From Felis catus (Eukaryota), in the NCBI RefSeq assembly GCF_018350175.1, contig NC_058383.1, positions 6,698,001 to 6,762,000 of the forward strand: 64,000 bases of DNA, in the 5' to 3' direction. The first letter of the stretch is position 1. Each line of letters starts with the position of its first letter. Shown piece by piece: positions 1-11,903 of this stretch. The notes below the pieces were generated by a model that saw nothing but the letters and a program-made list of their open reading frames with translations, searched no databases and had not been told where the DNA came from. Made by a program: the position numbers and the translations under genes.

Positions 1-843
1 TCTGTTGTATGATCTGTAATGTTTAATCATTTTCCCATTTGGGGATATTTAGTTTGGCTTGTTGTTGTTGTTGTTGACTTGTTAATAGATTTATCATCTA
101 CTATACTTAATGTTCTAATGGATGTTTGTGACCATAAATCCTTATATGAATTTCTGACTGTTCCCAAGATCCAGAATATTGGTGTTAAAGGGTATGGGCT
201 CTTAGTCTGATTATTGAATGGCCTTTCACTAACAAAGTAGGAAATAAAAATCATCTGCAGGCCTACTGCCCAGAAATTACCCCTGTTAACATGTTGGTTT
301 ACTTTTTCCTAGTCTTTTCATATATATTAATAGTTAATGTACATATACCCACACATATAGTTTTTAAAAACAAAATTTGGGTCATATTTCATGAGTTTTT
401 CATTCTCCTTTAAGATATATAGGGAACATTTTCCTATTTTAATATTCTTTGAGCACATGGATTTTTAGGATCTAATACTTTTGCCTTCACTGAATTCACG
501 TTACACTGTAGCTGTTCCCATCCTGATGTCTACTTTATTTCCAGTTTTGCATAGGTACAACTGTGCTGAACATCTCTGGCACATTAATCTTGTCCTGATT
601 GTTCCGTAGGCTGTATCTCTACGATTACCAAATCTAAGGGTGTGAATATTGTTGAGAATTTACTGAATCTTTCAGTAAAGATTGTTGGAGTTTCAGAAAG
701 ATTGTGCCAAATTCTCTTCTCACCAGCCCTTTTGATTATTGCTCTTATCTGTTTGCCACTGTAGACTCAAGGGGGTTGAGGTGAGCGCTGGGACCTCTCT
801 CTGTAACTCACTAACCACATCCCGTTTACTTCCCCATGAGTAG

Positions 844-957
844 GATTTCAGTTTCCCAAACCTGAGGTGATCTGCCTGCTGGAGCAGTGGGAAGAGCCAT
901 GGATCCTGGATCTACCAAGAACTGGGACTAGGAAGGCTTCCAGTAGTGCTTGCCCAG
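844..957 (+). CDS. ZNF789: ZNF789 KRAB-B exon (upstream exons lie outside the window)
   Basis: AG at 842-843, GT at 958-959. 114 nt, phase 1-1, translating (G)FQFPKPEVICLLEQWEEPWILDLPRTGTRKASSSACP(G), a KRAB-B PKP..I..LE...EPW motif. Splices in frame to the exon at 2613. Confidence 0.88.
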
Positions 958-1189
958 GTGGGTGAGGAGAGGACCCAGTCCAAGTGGAAAAATCAGGAAG
1001 GGGCAGGAAAGCACCTTAGTGAAGCCCCTCGTGTGCCCCCCAGATCCTGAGCCACATGTTCGACATCCATTATCCCACTTATTCATCCCTGCTGCCCTCT
1101 GAAGGTAGTACGTAAGTGTGGCCATTAGACCCATTTTCCAGATGAAGAATCAAAGATTCAGATGTCACACAGATTGACTTATAGTTTTA

Positions 1190-1419
1190 TTTTTTTTTAT
1201 TTTTTATTTTTTTCAACGTTTTTTATTTATTTTTGGGACAGAGAGAGACAGAGCATGAACGGGGGAGGGGCAGAGAGAGAGGGAGACACAGAATCGGAAG
1301 CAGGCTCCAGGCTCTGAGCCATCAGCCCAGAGCCTGACGCGGGGCTCGAACTCACAGACCGCGAGATGGTGACCTGGCTGAAGTCGGACGCTTAACCGAC
1401 TGCGCCACCCAGGCGCCCC
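1190..1419 (-). mobile_element. Young feline Can-SINE (SINEC) with perfect 15-bp TSD, inserted in a MIR
   Basis: Reverse complement of the GGGGCGCCTGGGTGGCGCAGTCGGTTAAG head, (CT)n and A tail. TSD TGACTTATAGTTTTA at 1175-1189 and 1420-1434. Confidence 0.93.
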
Positions 1420-1717
1420 TGACTTATAGTTTTAAAAACTCTATCAATCTGTCACACAGATTGATAGTTGAGGTTCGATTTCAAGCCTGCAAAGCTCATG
1501 CTCGTTCTACTGCGGTAGAGTGTTTCTCTGAACTCTTTTTCCAAATCAGATACTTCTTTCTTCTATGCTCGTTACTTATCCTTCCCTCTGTTTTCCTCTC
1601 ATTCCTTTGCCTTCATCCTGTTTGTCATATCCCCACGGTGTTTCTCAACATACCTACTTTTTCCTACTTACTATGTCCTGATTGCTGCTTCTACCTTTTT
1701 TTCACATTCTTGTGTTC

Positions 1718-2158
1718 CAGAGTTTCTCAACCTCTGCTCTATTGACATTTGGGGCTAGATAGTTCTTTTTTTTTTAGTTTTTAAAAATGTTTATTTGAGA
1801 GAGAGAGAGAGAGCATGAGTGATGGAGGGGCAGAGAGGGAGGGAGACACAGAATCCAAAGCAGGCACCAGGCTCCGAGCTGTCAACACAGAGCCCGATGT
1901 GGGGCTTGAACCCACAGACCACGAGATCATGACCTGAACCGAAGTCAGACACTTAACCAACTGAGCCACCCAGGCACCCCAGGCTGGATACTTCTTTGTT
2001 GTGGAGGAGCTGTCCTGTGCGTTGTCAGGTGTTGAGCCATATTAGCCTCTACCCATTAGGTTTTAGTAGCACCATCCCAGTTGGGACAACCAGAAATGTC
2101 TCCAGACATTGTCCAGTGTCCCCCAGGAGGCAAAATCACCTCTGATCGAGAACCTCTA
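1718..2158. mobile_element. MER20 (hAT-Charlie MITE) interrupted by a Can-SINE (~1766-1980, -)
   Basis: Ends CAGAGTTTCTCAACC...GATCGAGAACCTCTA. Internal GACAACCAGAAATGTCTCCAGACATTG is typical of MER20. SINE flanked by imperfect TSD GGCT(A/G)GATA(G/C)TTCTT. Confidence 0.82.
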
Positions 2159-2612
2159 CTCTATTCCATTGGCCTTTGTACCTACTTCCCTCTGGTTCCT
2201 TTTCTCTTGTGTCTTATGCTCTCCGTTTTTAAAGAGTTGTTTCTCTCAGAATTATTAAAAAAATACTAACCTAGAAAGTATAAGATGTCACCTCTCCTAT
2301 ATTTATGTGATTTCACTGAGTACCAAGAGTAAGTTTTATTTTTCCAATAGTAGTGATGTATTTACTCAGTTCTCACTTCTCTGACACACACTTGTGCATT
2401 TTTCAGTCGTTCAGTTGATTTTGAGAACTCTTTCTGGTGTCAAAGCCTAGAGTCCTGTGGAAATCAGAATTTGGGCCTCTTTAGCAGGACAATATAACTA
2501 AGCAAGCACTTCATTTCACTTGAGTGTCTTCCACACACACAGGTGGCTTCTTTTTTTTCCTTCTGTGATGTGATGGGCAGGTCATTTCTATGTTTTCTTT
2601 TTATTTGGTTAG

Positions 2613-3625
2613 GTTCTGAAGCCAGATGGAAGATGAAAAAGCCAACTCCAGGGCAGAAGATCTTTAAAGATTTAGAGTCGTGTAAGACATCGGCAATAAA
2701 GCAGCAAACAGCCAACGGACCTTCAGAAAAGTTACGTAAATGTAACGAATTGGTGGACATTTACAGACTTGCCTTTCCCACTATTGGTGATGAATGCAGT
2801 AAGAACTTCCTTCAAAACCTTCACCTTATTCAAGATCAGAACGCTCAAACAGGGAGGAGGCGTGGCCAGTGCGATGAGTATGGAAAGCCTTTCAGTCAGA
2901 GATCACTGTTTTCGCAGCATAAGCAAATCCCTCCAAACGCAAAATCTTACAAATGCAGTGAATGTGGAAGAGTCTTCAGACGTCAGGCAAATTTTGTTCG
3001 ACATCATAGAATTCACACATCAGAGGACCCCTTTGAATGCGACATATGTGGGCAAGCCTTCAAACAGAAGTCCACTCTTGCTGTCCATAAACAGTGTCAC
3101 CTGCAGAAAAAGCCATATAAATGTCATGACTGTGGAAAATGTTTCCGTCAGATGGCATATCTTATTGAACATAAGAGGATCCATACCAAAGAAAAACCCT
3201 ATAAATGTAGTGAGTGTGAAAGAACGTTTAGTCAGAATTCAACCCTTATTCGACATCAGCTAATCCATAGTGGAGAAAAACCCCACAAATGTGTCGAGTG
3301 TGGAAAAGCCTTTGGTCGGCATTCGACCCTTATGAGCCATCAACAGATTCACACTAAACAGAACACCCATAAATGCAGTGAATGCGGGGAATGCTTCAGT
3401 CGGAATGTAGACCTCATTCAGCATCAAAGAACCCATACCAAGGAGGAATTCTTTGAATGTAGAGAATGTGGAAAAACTTTTAGTTTTAAGGCAAATCTTC
3501 ATCGCCATGAGGTCATTCATACTGGAGAGAGACCTTACAGATGTGAGAAATGTGGAAAATCTTTTATCTGGCGCACAAGCTTTATTAAGCATCAGGGTAC
3601 TCACAGAGAACAGGTATCTGTGTGA
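2613..3625 (+). CDS. ZNF789: ZNF789 terminal exon: spacer, one decayed finger and 8 C2H2 fingers
   Basis: Pyrimidine tract and AG at 2611-2612. ORF (G)SEARWKMKK...HQGTHREQVSV* with 8 CxxC-x12-HxxxH units. Closely matches recalled human ZNF789 (e.g. QNL.LIQDQNAQT, HKQCHLQ.KPY, HTKEEFF). Convergent with ZNF394 as in human. Confidence 0.9.
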
Positions 3626-3661
3626 TACTAACTGGAAAAAGACCATTTAAAGACCAGAACT

Positions 3662-4652
3662 GGGACACCTGGCTGGCTGTCGGTGGAGCCTATAACTCTT
3701 GATCTCAGGGTTGTGAGTTTGAGCCCCACGTTGGGTGTAGAGATTACTTAAAATCTTAAAAAAAAATAAAATAAATGAAGACCAGAACTTACCACTAGTG
3801 TAGTTATGTGTAATTACATTGTTTGAAGAAAATTACTAACCGGAACTGAAATGGTTTTGCTTTAGGGACCCTCTTTCTGCAGCTAACCTTCTTGCTATAG
3901 TTAAGAATTACTTGATAGAGGGGCGCCTGGGTGGCTCCGTCAGTTGAGTGACCGACTTCGGCTCAGGTCAGGATCTCACGGCTTGTGAGTTTGAGCTCGG
4001 GCTCTGTGCTGACAGCTTGGAGCCTGGAGCTGCTTCAGATTCTGTGTCTTCCTCTCTCTCTGCCCCTCCCCCACTCATGCTCTGTCTTTCTCTGTCTCAG
4101 AAATAAATAAGCATTAAAAAAATATTTTTTTAAAAGAATTACTTAATAGAACATGTAATAGGCTGTTATGTACAGTCTCCCTTGAGTCCCTCCCCCGACC
4201 ATACTTTAATTCCCTCAAGTCAAGGCAGAAGGGAGGCATAAAAACTATGTGGTTCCCTAGGCTGGAGACCATTTGATGATTATGAACGATTTACAAATGT
4301 TCTTCTTATTTCTCAATAAAACTGGAGGAAAAAAAGTTTTTAATTAAAAAAAATGGGTGTAAAGAAATACCTTTCTTGGTTTCATATGGAAAAATTACCT
4401 GATATTACATTGAATTTTTAAAAATAAAGTAAGGGCGGGGCACCTGGGTGGCGCAGTCGGTTAAGCGTCCGACTTCAGCCAGGTCACGATCTCGCGGTCC
4501 GGGAGTTCGAGCCCCGCGTCAGGCTCTGGGCTGATGGCTCAGAGCCTGGAGCCTGTTTCCGATTCTGTGTCTCGCTCTCTCTCTGCCCCTCCCCCGTTCA
4601 TGCTCTGTCTCTCTCTGTCCCAAAAATAAATAAACGTTGAAAAAAAAAATTT
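3662..4652 (+). mobile_element. Three sense-oriented Can-SINEs just downstream of the ZNF789 stop (~3662-3777, ~3919-4135, ~4437-4652)
   Basis: tRNA-derived heads and A-rich tails with AATAAA. The third has TSD AAAAATAAAGTAAG (4420-4433 / 4653-4666). Confidence 0.9.
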
Positions 4653-5789
4653 AAAAATAAAGTAAGAGCTACTCACCTAAGAATGACTAAAATGTATCCA
4701 TAAACTAAAATTAGTGTGCCACTAGATTCTACTGAGAGTTCTAAGTCAAGTGTTAACAGAAGCTGTTGGTGCCCCTGCCCCCTGCTTACTCCATCTGCTG
4801 GGCTTCATCTGACTTGCACTGTGTGTCTCTTGGTCTGCAGGCTTTTTTTAAAACCACGAAAAGGCCACTGCTCTGTAGGGTAACTAGCACATTTTGAGAG
4901 CAGGCCTCGACTAAAGCTTGATGGGAATTTGACAAATATGATATTCTCTCCTGGGGTGGAATAACTCTGAAGCATGTGTTTTACATGGTTTTCAGTTTTC
5001 CCATGGGAGGATTATGCATTCATTTACCTTGGAAGCTCCTTATCAGCTGTCTTCCCCAGCTATAGTCCTTGGGGAGCCATACCCTTTCTCCAGTTATTCC
5101 AAGCACATCCTTATGTTAAGGTTATGTAAGTTGAGCTGACCTTACAACTCTTCCCTACAGCTCACCAAGACAAGAACCCCATTTGAAATTCTAGTACCCT
5201 AAACAGCATCCTATGTCTGCATTACAACTTGCTGCTATTTAGACCCTCTCCTATAAATCCCATCTAGTTTCTTCTTGATTTTATTTTCTTGCTCCTACCA
5301 ATTCCATGACTTCTTACCCAATATATAAAAACAAAGATCACTGAGAAAGGAAGTGGCACCTCAGAAAATTAAGGAATGTTAAGCCTTGCAGGAGGAAAAT
5401 AATGAAAAGGGATAGATTGTATATTGGGTTCAAAAAGCAGTCATTTTGTAGTGGTCAGCATGAATTGGCTAGAAGAACCTACACAAAATTAAGAAGTTGA
5501 GACTTCTGACTGAGGGGGAAATAAGCCAGTGAGAGATAAGACCACTTAAAACAACTTTGGGAGATGGGGACCTATGTAAAAGTGCTTCCCTCCACTGCTA
5601 AGTGGAAGCCAAATAAATCAATACACACACGTACATACATACATACATACATACACACATAGTGATTAGATACATAGGGGCACCTGGCTGGCTCAGTTGG
5701 TGGAGCATGCAACTCCTGATCTCGGGGTTTAAGTTTAAGCCCCACATTGGATGTAGAGATTACTTAAAATCTTTAAAGCAAACGTCCTG

Positions 5790-6240
5790 ATGGCAGCTCT
5801 CAGTTGTATGGATGAGAACTGAACTGGAGGTAAGTAATCTGGTGTGGGGAGACTGTTACAGGCAGGACACTTGGCTATATGAAGACCTAGATGCATGCCG
5901 TAAAGGTTATTCTTAGGCTGTGGCCAACGGCTAAGACATATAGTCTGGCAAGTGGACCTTGGACAATTAAAAATAAAGTGGGGAGCCCAATTATGATAAG
6001 CCCTTTGCTTCCCAGAATAATCCAGGGTGGTTCTGAAGGTAACATATTCTAGGCGGACCATTTGAAATGAAAGTGTGGATATGTGGGCATCCAAGATAAG
6101 TGGCCATGGAGGCTCCCAAGCCATGCTGTCAAATCATCCCACATTCCATTGTGACACCTGCTGGGGCACCAATGGTTGTCAGAGAGTGTTTAGAACCTGC
6201 CAGGTTAGCACAGTGGGAAGTGGGCTCATCCCACTGCATG
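5790..6240 (+). mobile_element. Highly decayed ERVL/MaLR-class internal (pol RNase H - integrase) remnant
   Basis: From 5911 reads S*AVANG*DI*SGKW (cf. ERVL RNase H DSWAVANGLAxWSGxW). Downstream WASKISGHGG resembles the integrase N-terminal HHCC region. Confidence 0.55.
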
Positions 6241-6587
6241 TGCCTGGTAGATTGCCCTGCCCCACGTCCCTTCCTGGAACCGCAAATGCCTCACAACCTC
6301 TGGTCCCTCACTCTCTGGTGGGGTTAGTGAGAGGGCCCAGCCATATGCTGCTGCGGTTCCCACCCTGAGCCCCAGGAACTTCCCTTTTAAGTTCCAGAAC
6401 AGAACTTGGAAATGTTTCAAAGACATGCTAAAGCAATAGATTTAAACGACCATATCACTCTCTCTTCTAGCTCCAGTCAGGAATTCTAACACTTTGTTAA
6501 CAAATATCTAGACTTCCCACTTTGTAGGACAGGAGATGCTATGTAGGTGCTATGGGAGAATGTGAAGAATGGAAAGATTGTTGCCCT

Positions 6588-6965
6588 CTGTTATGGACTG
6601 AATTGTGTTCCCCAAATTCATACTTTGAAGTCCTAACCCCTGGTGTGACTGTATTTGGAAACAGGGCCTTTAAAGAGGTAATTGAGGTTAAATGAGGTGC
6701 TAAGTGTGGGGCGTTTAGTGATAAGACTGGTGTCCTTTTAAGAGGAAGAGATACTAGAGGCCTCTCCATCCACTGCACAGAGGAAAGGCCGTGTGAGGAC
6801 ATAGTGAGAAGGAAGATGTCTACAGGTCAGGAAGGGGCATCAACAGAAACCAACCCTGAGGGCACCTTAGCCTTGGATGTCCTGCCTCTAGAACTGTGTG
6901 AAAATAAATGTGTTATTTAAGCCACCTAGTCTGTGGTCTTTTGCTTTGGCACGAGAGCTAATCCA
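6588..6965 (+). mobile_element. MaLR LTR (MLT1A/B-like)
   Basis: TGTTATGGACTGAATTGTGTTCCCCAAATTCATA...GAAGTCCTAACCCC...GTATTTGGAAACAGGGCCTTTAAAGAGGTAATT...AAAATAAAT..TTTAAGCCACC is typical of MLT1. Confidence 0.8.
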
Positions 6966-8223
6966 CTCACCCTTTATAATCTAGAGTTCAGAGATGGCGT
7001 ATTCACGTTAACTTAGTGGCTATAATAGTTTGCATGGTAAGTGACAAAGCCTACAGATAATGGTAGTTTAGTAAAGGAAATATTTTGGGGTAGGATAATT
7101 GAGAAGTGACATTTTAAAATTGTTTTACAAGAGTCGACTTTTCCGTTGTTAATCTGGTGGGCTAGGGTCTGGGAAAAGGGATCTGGGATTAAAAGCATCT
7201 TGAACAAAGGCATGCATATATGTGGAAATATATGGAAAATTCAAGTAGTATGTAAGCAACAGTCAATGTGCTGAGAGGGTAGAAGAAGGGAAGAATGGAG
7301 GGAAAGCTAAAAGTACACAGAGGACAGTCAGCTCTAAGTCTGTGGTGTTCCTGGGGTGCCTGGGTGGCTCAGTCAGTTAAGCACTGGACTCTTGAATTTG
7401 GCTCAGGTCATGATCCCAAAGTTGTGGGCTCGAGCCCCATGTTGGGCTCCACACTTAAGATTTTTCTCTCCCTCTCCCTCTGCCCCTTCCCTGCTTACAC
7501 ACCTTCCCTCTCTCTCTCTCTCAAAAAAAAAAAAAAAAAGTCTGTGGCATTCCTCCAGTAAAAAGAACACTGGAATCAGGCTATCACTACTACTCTATTG
7601 CTTACTAGCTCTGTGACCCTGGGCAAATAACCTTGATAGGCTTGGGGAGAACAACACCAGGGTGATACAGCTCATGGCCTGCCTAAACAGACACCATGTC
7701 CACGCCCTCATTCTCAGCCCCAGTGCTAGATACGAAATCTCATTCATAAGTGACATTCTCCACATGACACACCAGACCCTGAACACACCCAGGCCAGCCC
7801 TCTCACCATCCCTCCTGCCTGGCCATGCGCTACTATTCCACCACGTCCAGGATCCAGCAAGGGAGTTCTGAGAAGCAAGTGACTTAGTTTTGGGTTTTGT
7901 ACATTTAGGAAAAAAAAAAAAAAAAACAAACTAAGATGCAGTAAGGTGACAAGGCTCGAGTAGAAGACTCATAAAGGAATGTAATTTGGTACTTGCTTTG
8001 GGGGAATGTGTATTAGCTCACACACTGATCAAGAAATTCTACTTTTGGGAATCTAGGCTTAGATTCTGAAGAACAATCAAGGGGGCGCCTGGGTGGCCCA
8101 GTCAGTTAGGCGTCCAACACTTGATTTTGGATCAGGTCCCGATCCCAGATCCTAGCATCATGGTATCAAGCCCCCGTGTAAGGTTCCACGCTCAGCATGG
8201 AGCCTGCTTAAGATTCTCTCTCT

Positions 8224-9259
8224 GGGAATGCAAACTGGTGCAGCCACTCTGTATACAGTGTGGAGGTTCCTCAAAAAACTAAAAATAGAACTACCCTACG
8301 ACCTAGCAATCGCACTACTAGGTATTTATCCAAGGGATACAGGTGTGCTGTTTCGAAGGGACACATGCACCCCGATGTTTATAGCAGCGCTATCAACAAT
8401 AGCCAAAGGACGGGAAGAGCCCAAATGTCCATTGATGGATGAATGGATAAAGATGTGGTCTATATATACAAAGGAGTATTACTCGGCAATCAAAAAAGAA
8501 TGAAATCTTGCCATTTGCAGCTATGTGGATGGAACTGGAGGGTATTGTGCTAAGTGAAATTAGTCAGAGAAAGATAAAAATCATATGACTTTACTCATAT
8601 GAGGACTTTAAGAGACAAAACAGATGAACACAAAGGAAGGGAAGCAAAAATAATAAAAACAGGGAGGGGGACAAAAACATGAGACTTAAATATGGGGAAC
8701 AAACAGAGGGTTACTGGAGGGGTTGTGGGAGGGAGGATGGGCTAAATGGGTAAGGGGCATTAAGGAATCTACTCCTGAAATCGTTGTTGCACTATATGCT
8801 AACTAACTTGGATGTAAATTAAAAAAATTAAAAAAAAAAAAAGAAAATGAAAAGTAATAGCCCCTTCCTAACCATTCCCAGATATCTCACTGAAGAACTC
8901 AATATGCTCTGAAAATAATTATTTTTCAAATGGGAGTCTTTCTAAATAGAAAAGACTGGAAATAATTAGTTTAGCGGATATAATGCTTGGACTGACAGTT
9001 ACCTGTTTGAGCCACACATTTGTTGTCATCAGTTGATTCTTTTCATCCTAGGAAAATGACAATTAGAAAGATGTAAATTCAAATTAAGTGAAGTTTTTGA
9101 GATTTTTTTTTTGTCAGAAAGACCTCCCTGAGTCTTACATTTGAGGTGTTCAAAGTGTAAAGGATTCTCAACTTAAAAACAGTTAAATGGCATGGGATCC
9201 TAAAATATTATGCATATTTTGCATAAAATAAAAAATAATAATTAAAGCAACAAAAAAAA
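8224..9259 (+). mobile_element. 5'-truncated L1 (ORF2 C-terminus + 3'UTR, 8224-8842) carrying a ~400-bp 3' transduction, inserted in a Can-SINE
   Basis: ORF 8228-8503 has L1 ORF2 motifs ([35 protein letters not shown]). First A tail ~8821-8842, second A tail 9252-9259. TSD AAGATTCTCTCTCT at 8210-8223 and 9260-9273. Host SINE is 8081-8223 + 9260-9365. Confidence 0.88.
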
Positions 9260-11009
9260 AAGATTCTCTCTCTCTCTCCCTCTGCTCCTCTCCCCCACTG
9301 GACTATCCCTCTGTAGAAAAAAATAATAATAATAAAAATAAGTAAATTGATTAATTAAAAAAATAAAGAACAATCCAAATTATGTTAAAATTACACTGAT
9401 ATTCACTACAGCATTGCTTGCAACAACAAAAAGGAGTAATGGCTGAAATGACCAGTAAAAGAAAAATGGGACACAATTGTCAAATCTACTCAATGGATAA
9501 TGATGCAGCCATTAAGCATAAAGGTTATGAAAACCACGTAAAACCCTTAAGACATAATATTAAAAAGATGTAAAATATAAACACTATGGTTTTCATTACA
9601 TGAGAAGCATGCAGAGAAAAAAAAAAAAACAGAAGGAAATACAACAAAATGCCTATAACAGGTGATCAGGGTTGTAGGATTATGGGTAATTTCTTTTCCT
9701 GTTATTTTTCCAAATATCCAATAGTATGCTTATATTCCCTCGATTTAAAAAAAAAAAAAAAAAAACAACCCCGCGGGGAGGTGTCTGGGTGGCTCAGTCA
9801 GTTAAGCGCCTGACTTTGGTTTGGGTCATGAACTCATAGTTCGTGGGTTTGAGTCCCGCATTGGGCTCTGTGCTGACAGCTCAGAGCCTGCAGTCTGCTT
9901 TGGATTCTGTGTCCCCCTCTCTGCCACTCCCTGGCTCATGCTCTCTCTCTCTCCCTCTCAAAAATAAACATTACAATAAAACAAACAAACAAACAAACAA
10001 AAAACCACAGGGGCACCTGGCTGGTTCAGTCAATAAAGCATGTGACTTTTGATCTCAGGCTTGTGAGTTTGAGCCCCATGTTGGGTGTAGAGATGACTTA
10101 AATAAACAAAACTTTAAAAATAAAATAAAAATAAAAAATAAATTAAAAAACACACAAAAAACCCCAACCAGGTTAAAAAAAAAAACTTACATGCAATACA
10201 TGTTTGTGTGTAGAAAGATAAGATAGGCTCAGGCTTAGTTTCATTCCTACAGTTTAACCCAACAAGGGCAAAAAAGCAAACCCCATAGCCTTCCCTCAGC
10301 AGGCACAGGGGTGGAAAGACGGCGCTGGGAAGTTACATAATAATTGTTTTAACCCCCTTTCTGAGCTAGTGTTTCTTATCTTGAGGCGTGTGCATGCGCC
10401 ACTGGCCCTCCACCACTACTACTGGGCAGAGGGGAGGAGGGGCAGGGAGAAGCGGCAAGCCATGGTGGGGTGGGAGCCCGTCACTGATGTAAAGGAAAAA
10501 ACTCATGTTACTGGACAAGCAGTCAGATCACCCAAGTTCTAAAGCATCAACTGTGAGCCTCCACTTCCTTTCTACCTGGGAATGACAAGGTAGCTTACCT
10601 TGTCCACCTTACCTCAGTAGGATTGCTTGGAAGTCAAATGGAAAATGTCTATGGATGCATTTTATGGATGATAGAGTATTACATGTCAGTGAATACCCAT
10701 TAACAAAACAAGCAAGAGCTGAAGGAGCTTCTTTCTGCCTTTGGTGTCCTCTTCTGGAACACCCCCAAGGATGCACTCCACACCACTTCCTTATGTCCCA
10801 TACGTTAGGAAGCCTTGACAGGGGTGGCTGGGTGGCTCAGTTGGTTAAGCATCTGATCTTCGGCTCAGGTCATGATCTTGCAGTTCACAAGTTCGAGCCC
10901 TGCTTCTGGCTCTGTGCTGACAGTTCAGAGCCTGGAGCCTTCTTCGGATTCTGTGTCTCCCTCTCTCTCTGCCCCTCTCCCTCTCCGTCTCTCTCTTTCT
11001 CTTTCTCAT

Positions 11010-11015
11010 AAAGAA

Positions 11016-11078
<63 letters not shown>

Positions 11079-11112
11079 GAAAGAAAGAAAGAAAGAAAGA
11101 GAAAAAAGAAAG
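11010..11112. repeat. (GAAA)n microsatellite grown from a SINE tail
   Basis: Direct reading; follows the Can-SINE at ~10821-11008. Confidence 0.95.
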
Positions 11113-11830
11113 AAGCCTTGACAGAAAAAACATGTTTTAGGTTATTTGTTATCACAAGAGCCTCCCTCCCTCTCCCCTACACAGAGCGTACCAAAAGGTT
11201 TAATGCGGACTTTCATCAAAAACCAAAAGTTCTCAAATAAAGTGCCCTTAATTTAATAAGCTTAGAAAAGGATACAATGATGGGAATTTGTAGGTGTATT
11301 TGGGTGGCGTTTCCCTTTGCCTCTCTTTTGAAAAGAAATCAACAAGACTTATAAAATTGAACCCCTAGAATGGGAAGAAAGAGAAACTCTGCAAAGTTCA
11401 TTTTTAAAAAAGCAAAAAATATAGAGTGTGTCTTGTATGTACCAAACTTTACATGGTGTTTTGGATCATCATGTATTTGAAATCCTGTCCACCATCAAAG
11501 CAGAAAGGCAATGCAATTCTAAGTGTCACAAATATTTCTCAGGGCAGTGAGTGGAGTGGGCAAGATATGGTCTGAAAGCAGAGGTAAGAAAAGAAAAGAG
11601 ACCAGGACAGAACTGTCACAAGTGAGCCCTTGATGTCGTCGGGAGGCCCTTCCATGGGACCCCCTCATCCTTTGGAAGGGCTCCCCGCTTACACATTCCT
11701 GCTTCACAGTGATGTTCAGAGTAGGTACTGAGACCTACTGACTGATCTATCTTGGGTGTGATGCCCGTGGAAATACGATCCACAAATGACTGACATACTC
11801 CAAATGCCAAAGAATGTCGTTTCTGGACAA

Positions 11831-11836
<6 letters not shown>

Positions 11837-11876
<40 letters not shown>
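11837..11876. repeat. (CA)20 microsatellite in the ZNF394 3'UTR
   Basis: Perfect 40-nt dinucleotide run, 27 nt beyond the ZNF394 stop codon. Confidence 0.97.
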
Positions 11877-11878
<2 letters not shown>

Positions 11879-11903
11879 CAAAACAGCCCAAGCAGCAGCC
11901 ATG

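Noticed and set aside
2769..3650. Alternative-frame and antisense ORFs over ZNF789 (also over ZNF394 11747-13041 and ZKSCAN5 47794-48191, 51781-52762)
   Set aside because: Typical shadows of repetitive C2H2 codon usage; no independent promoter or splice support.
4437..4520. tRNA-like A/B boxes
   Set aside because: These are tRNA-derived Can-SINE heads followed by (CT)n and A tails; no true cloverleaf tRNA gene.
10872..11240. Lys/Glu/Arg-rich ORFs (also 23936-24145) and Val-Cys/His-Thr ORFs at 11616-12157
   Set aside because: Translations of microsatellites.
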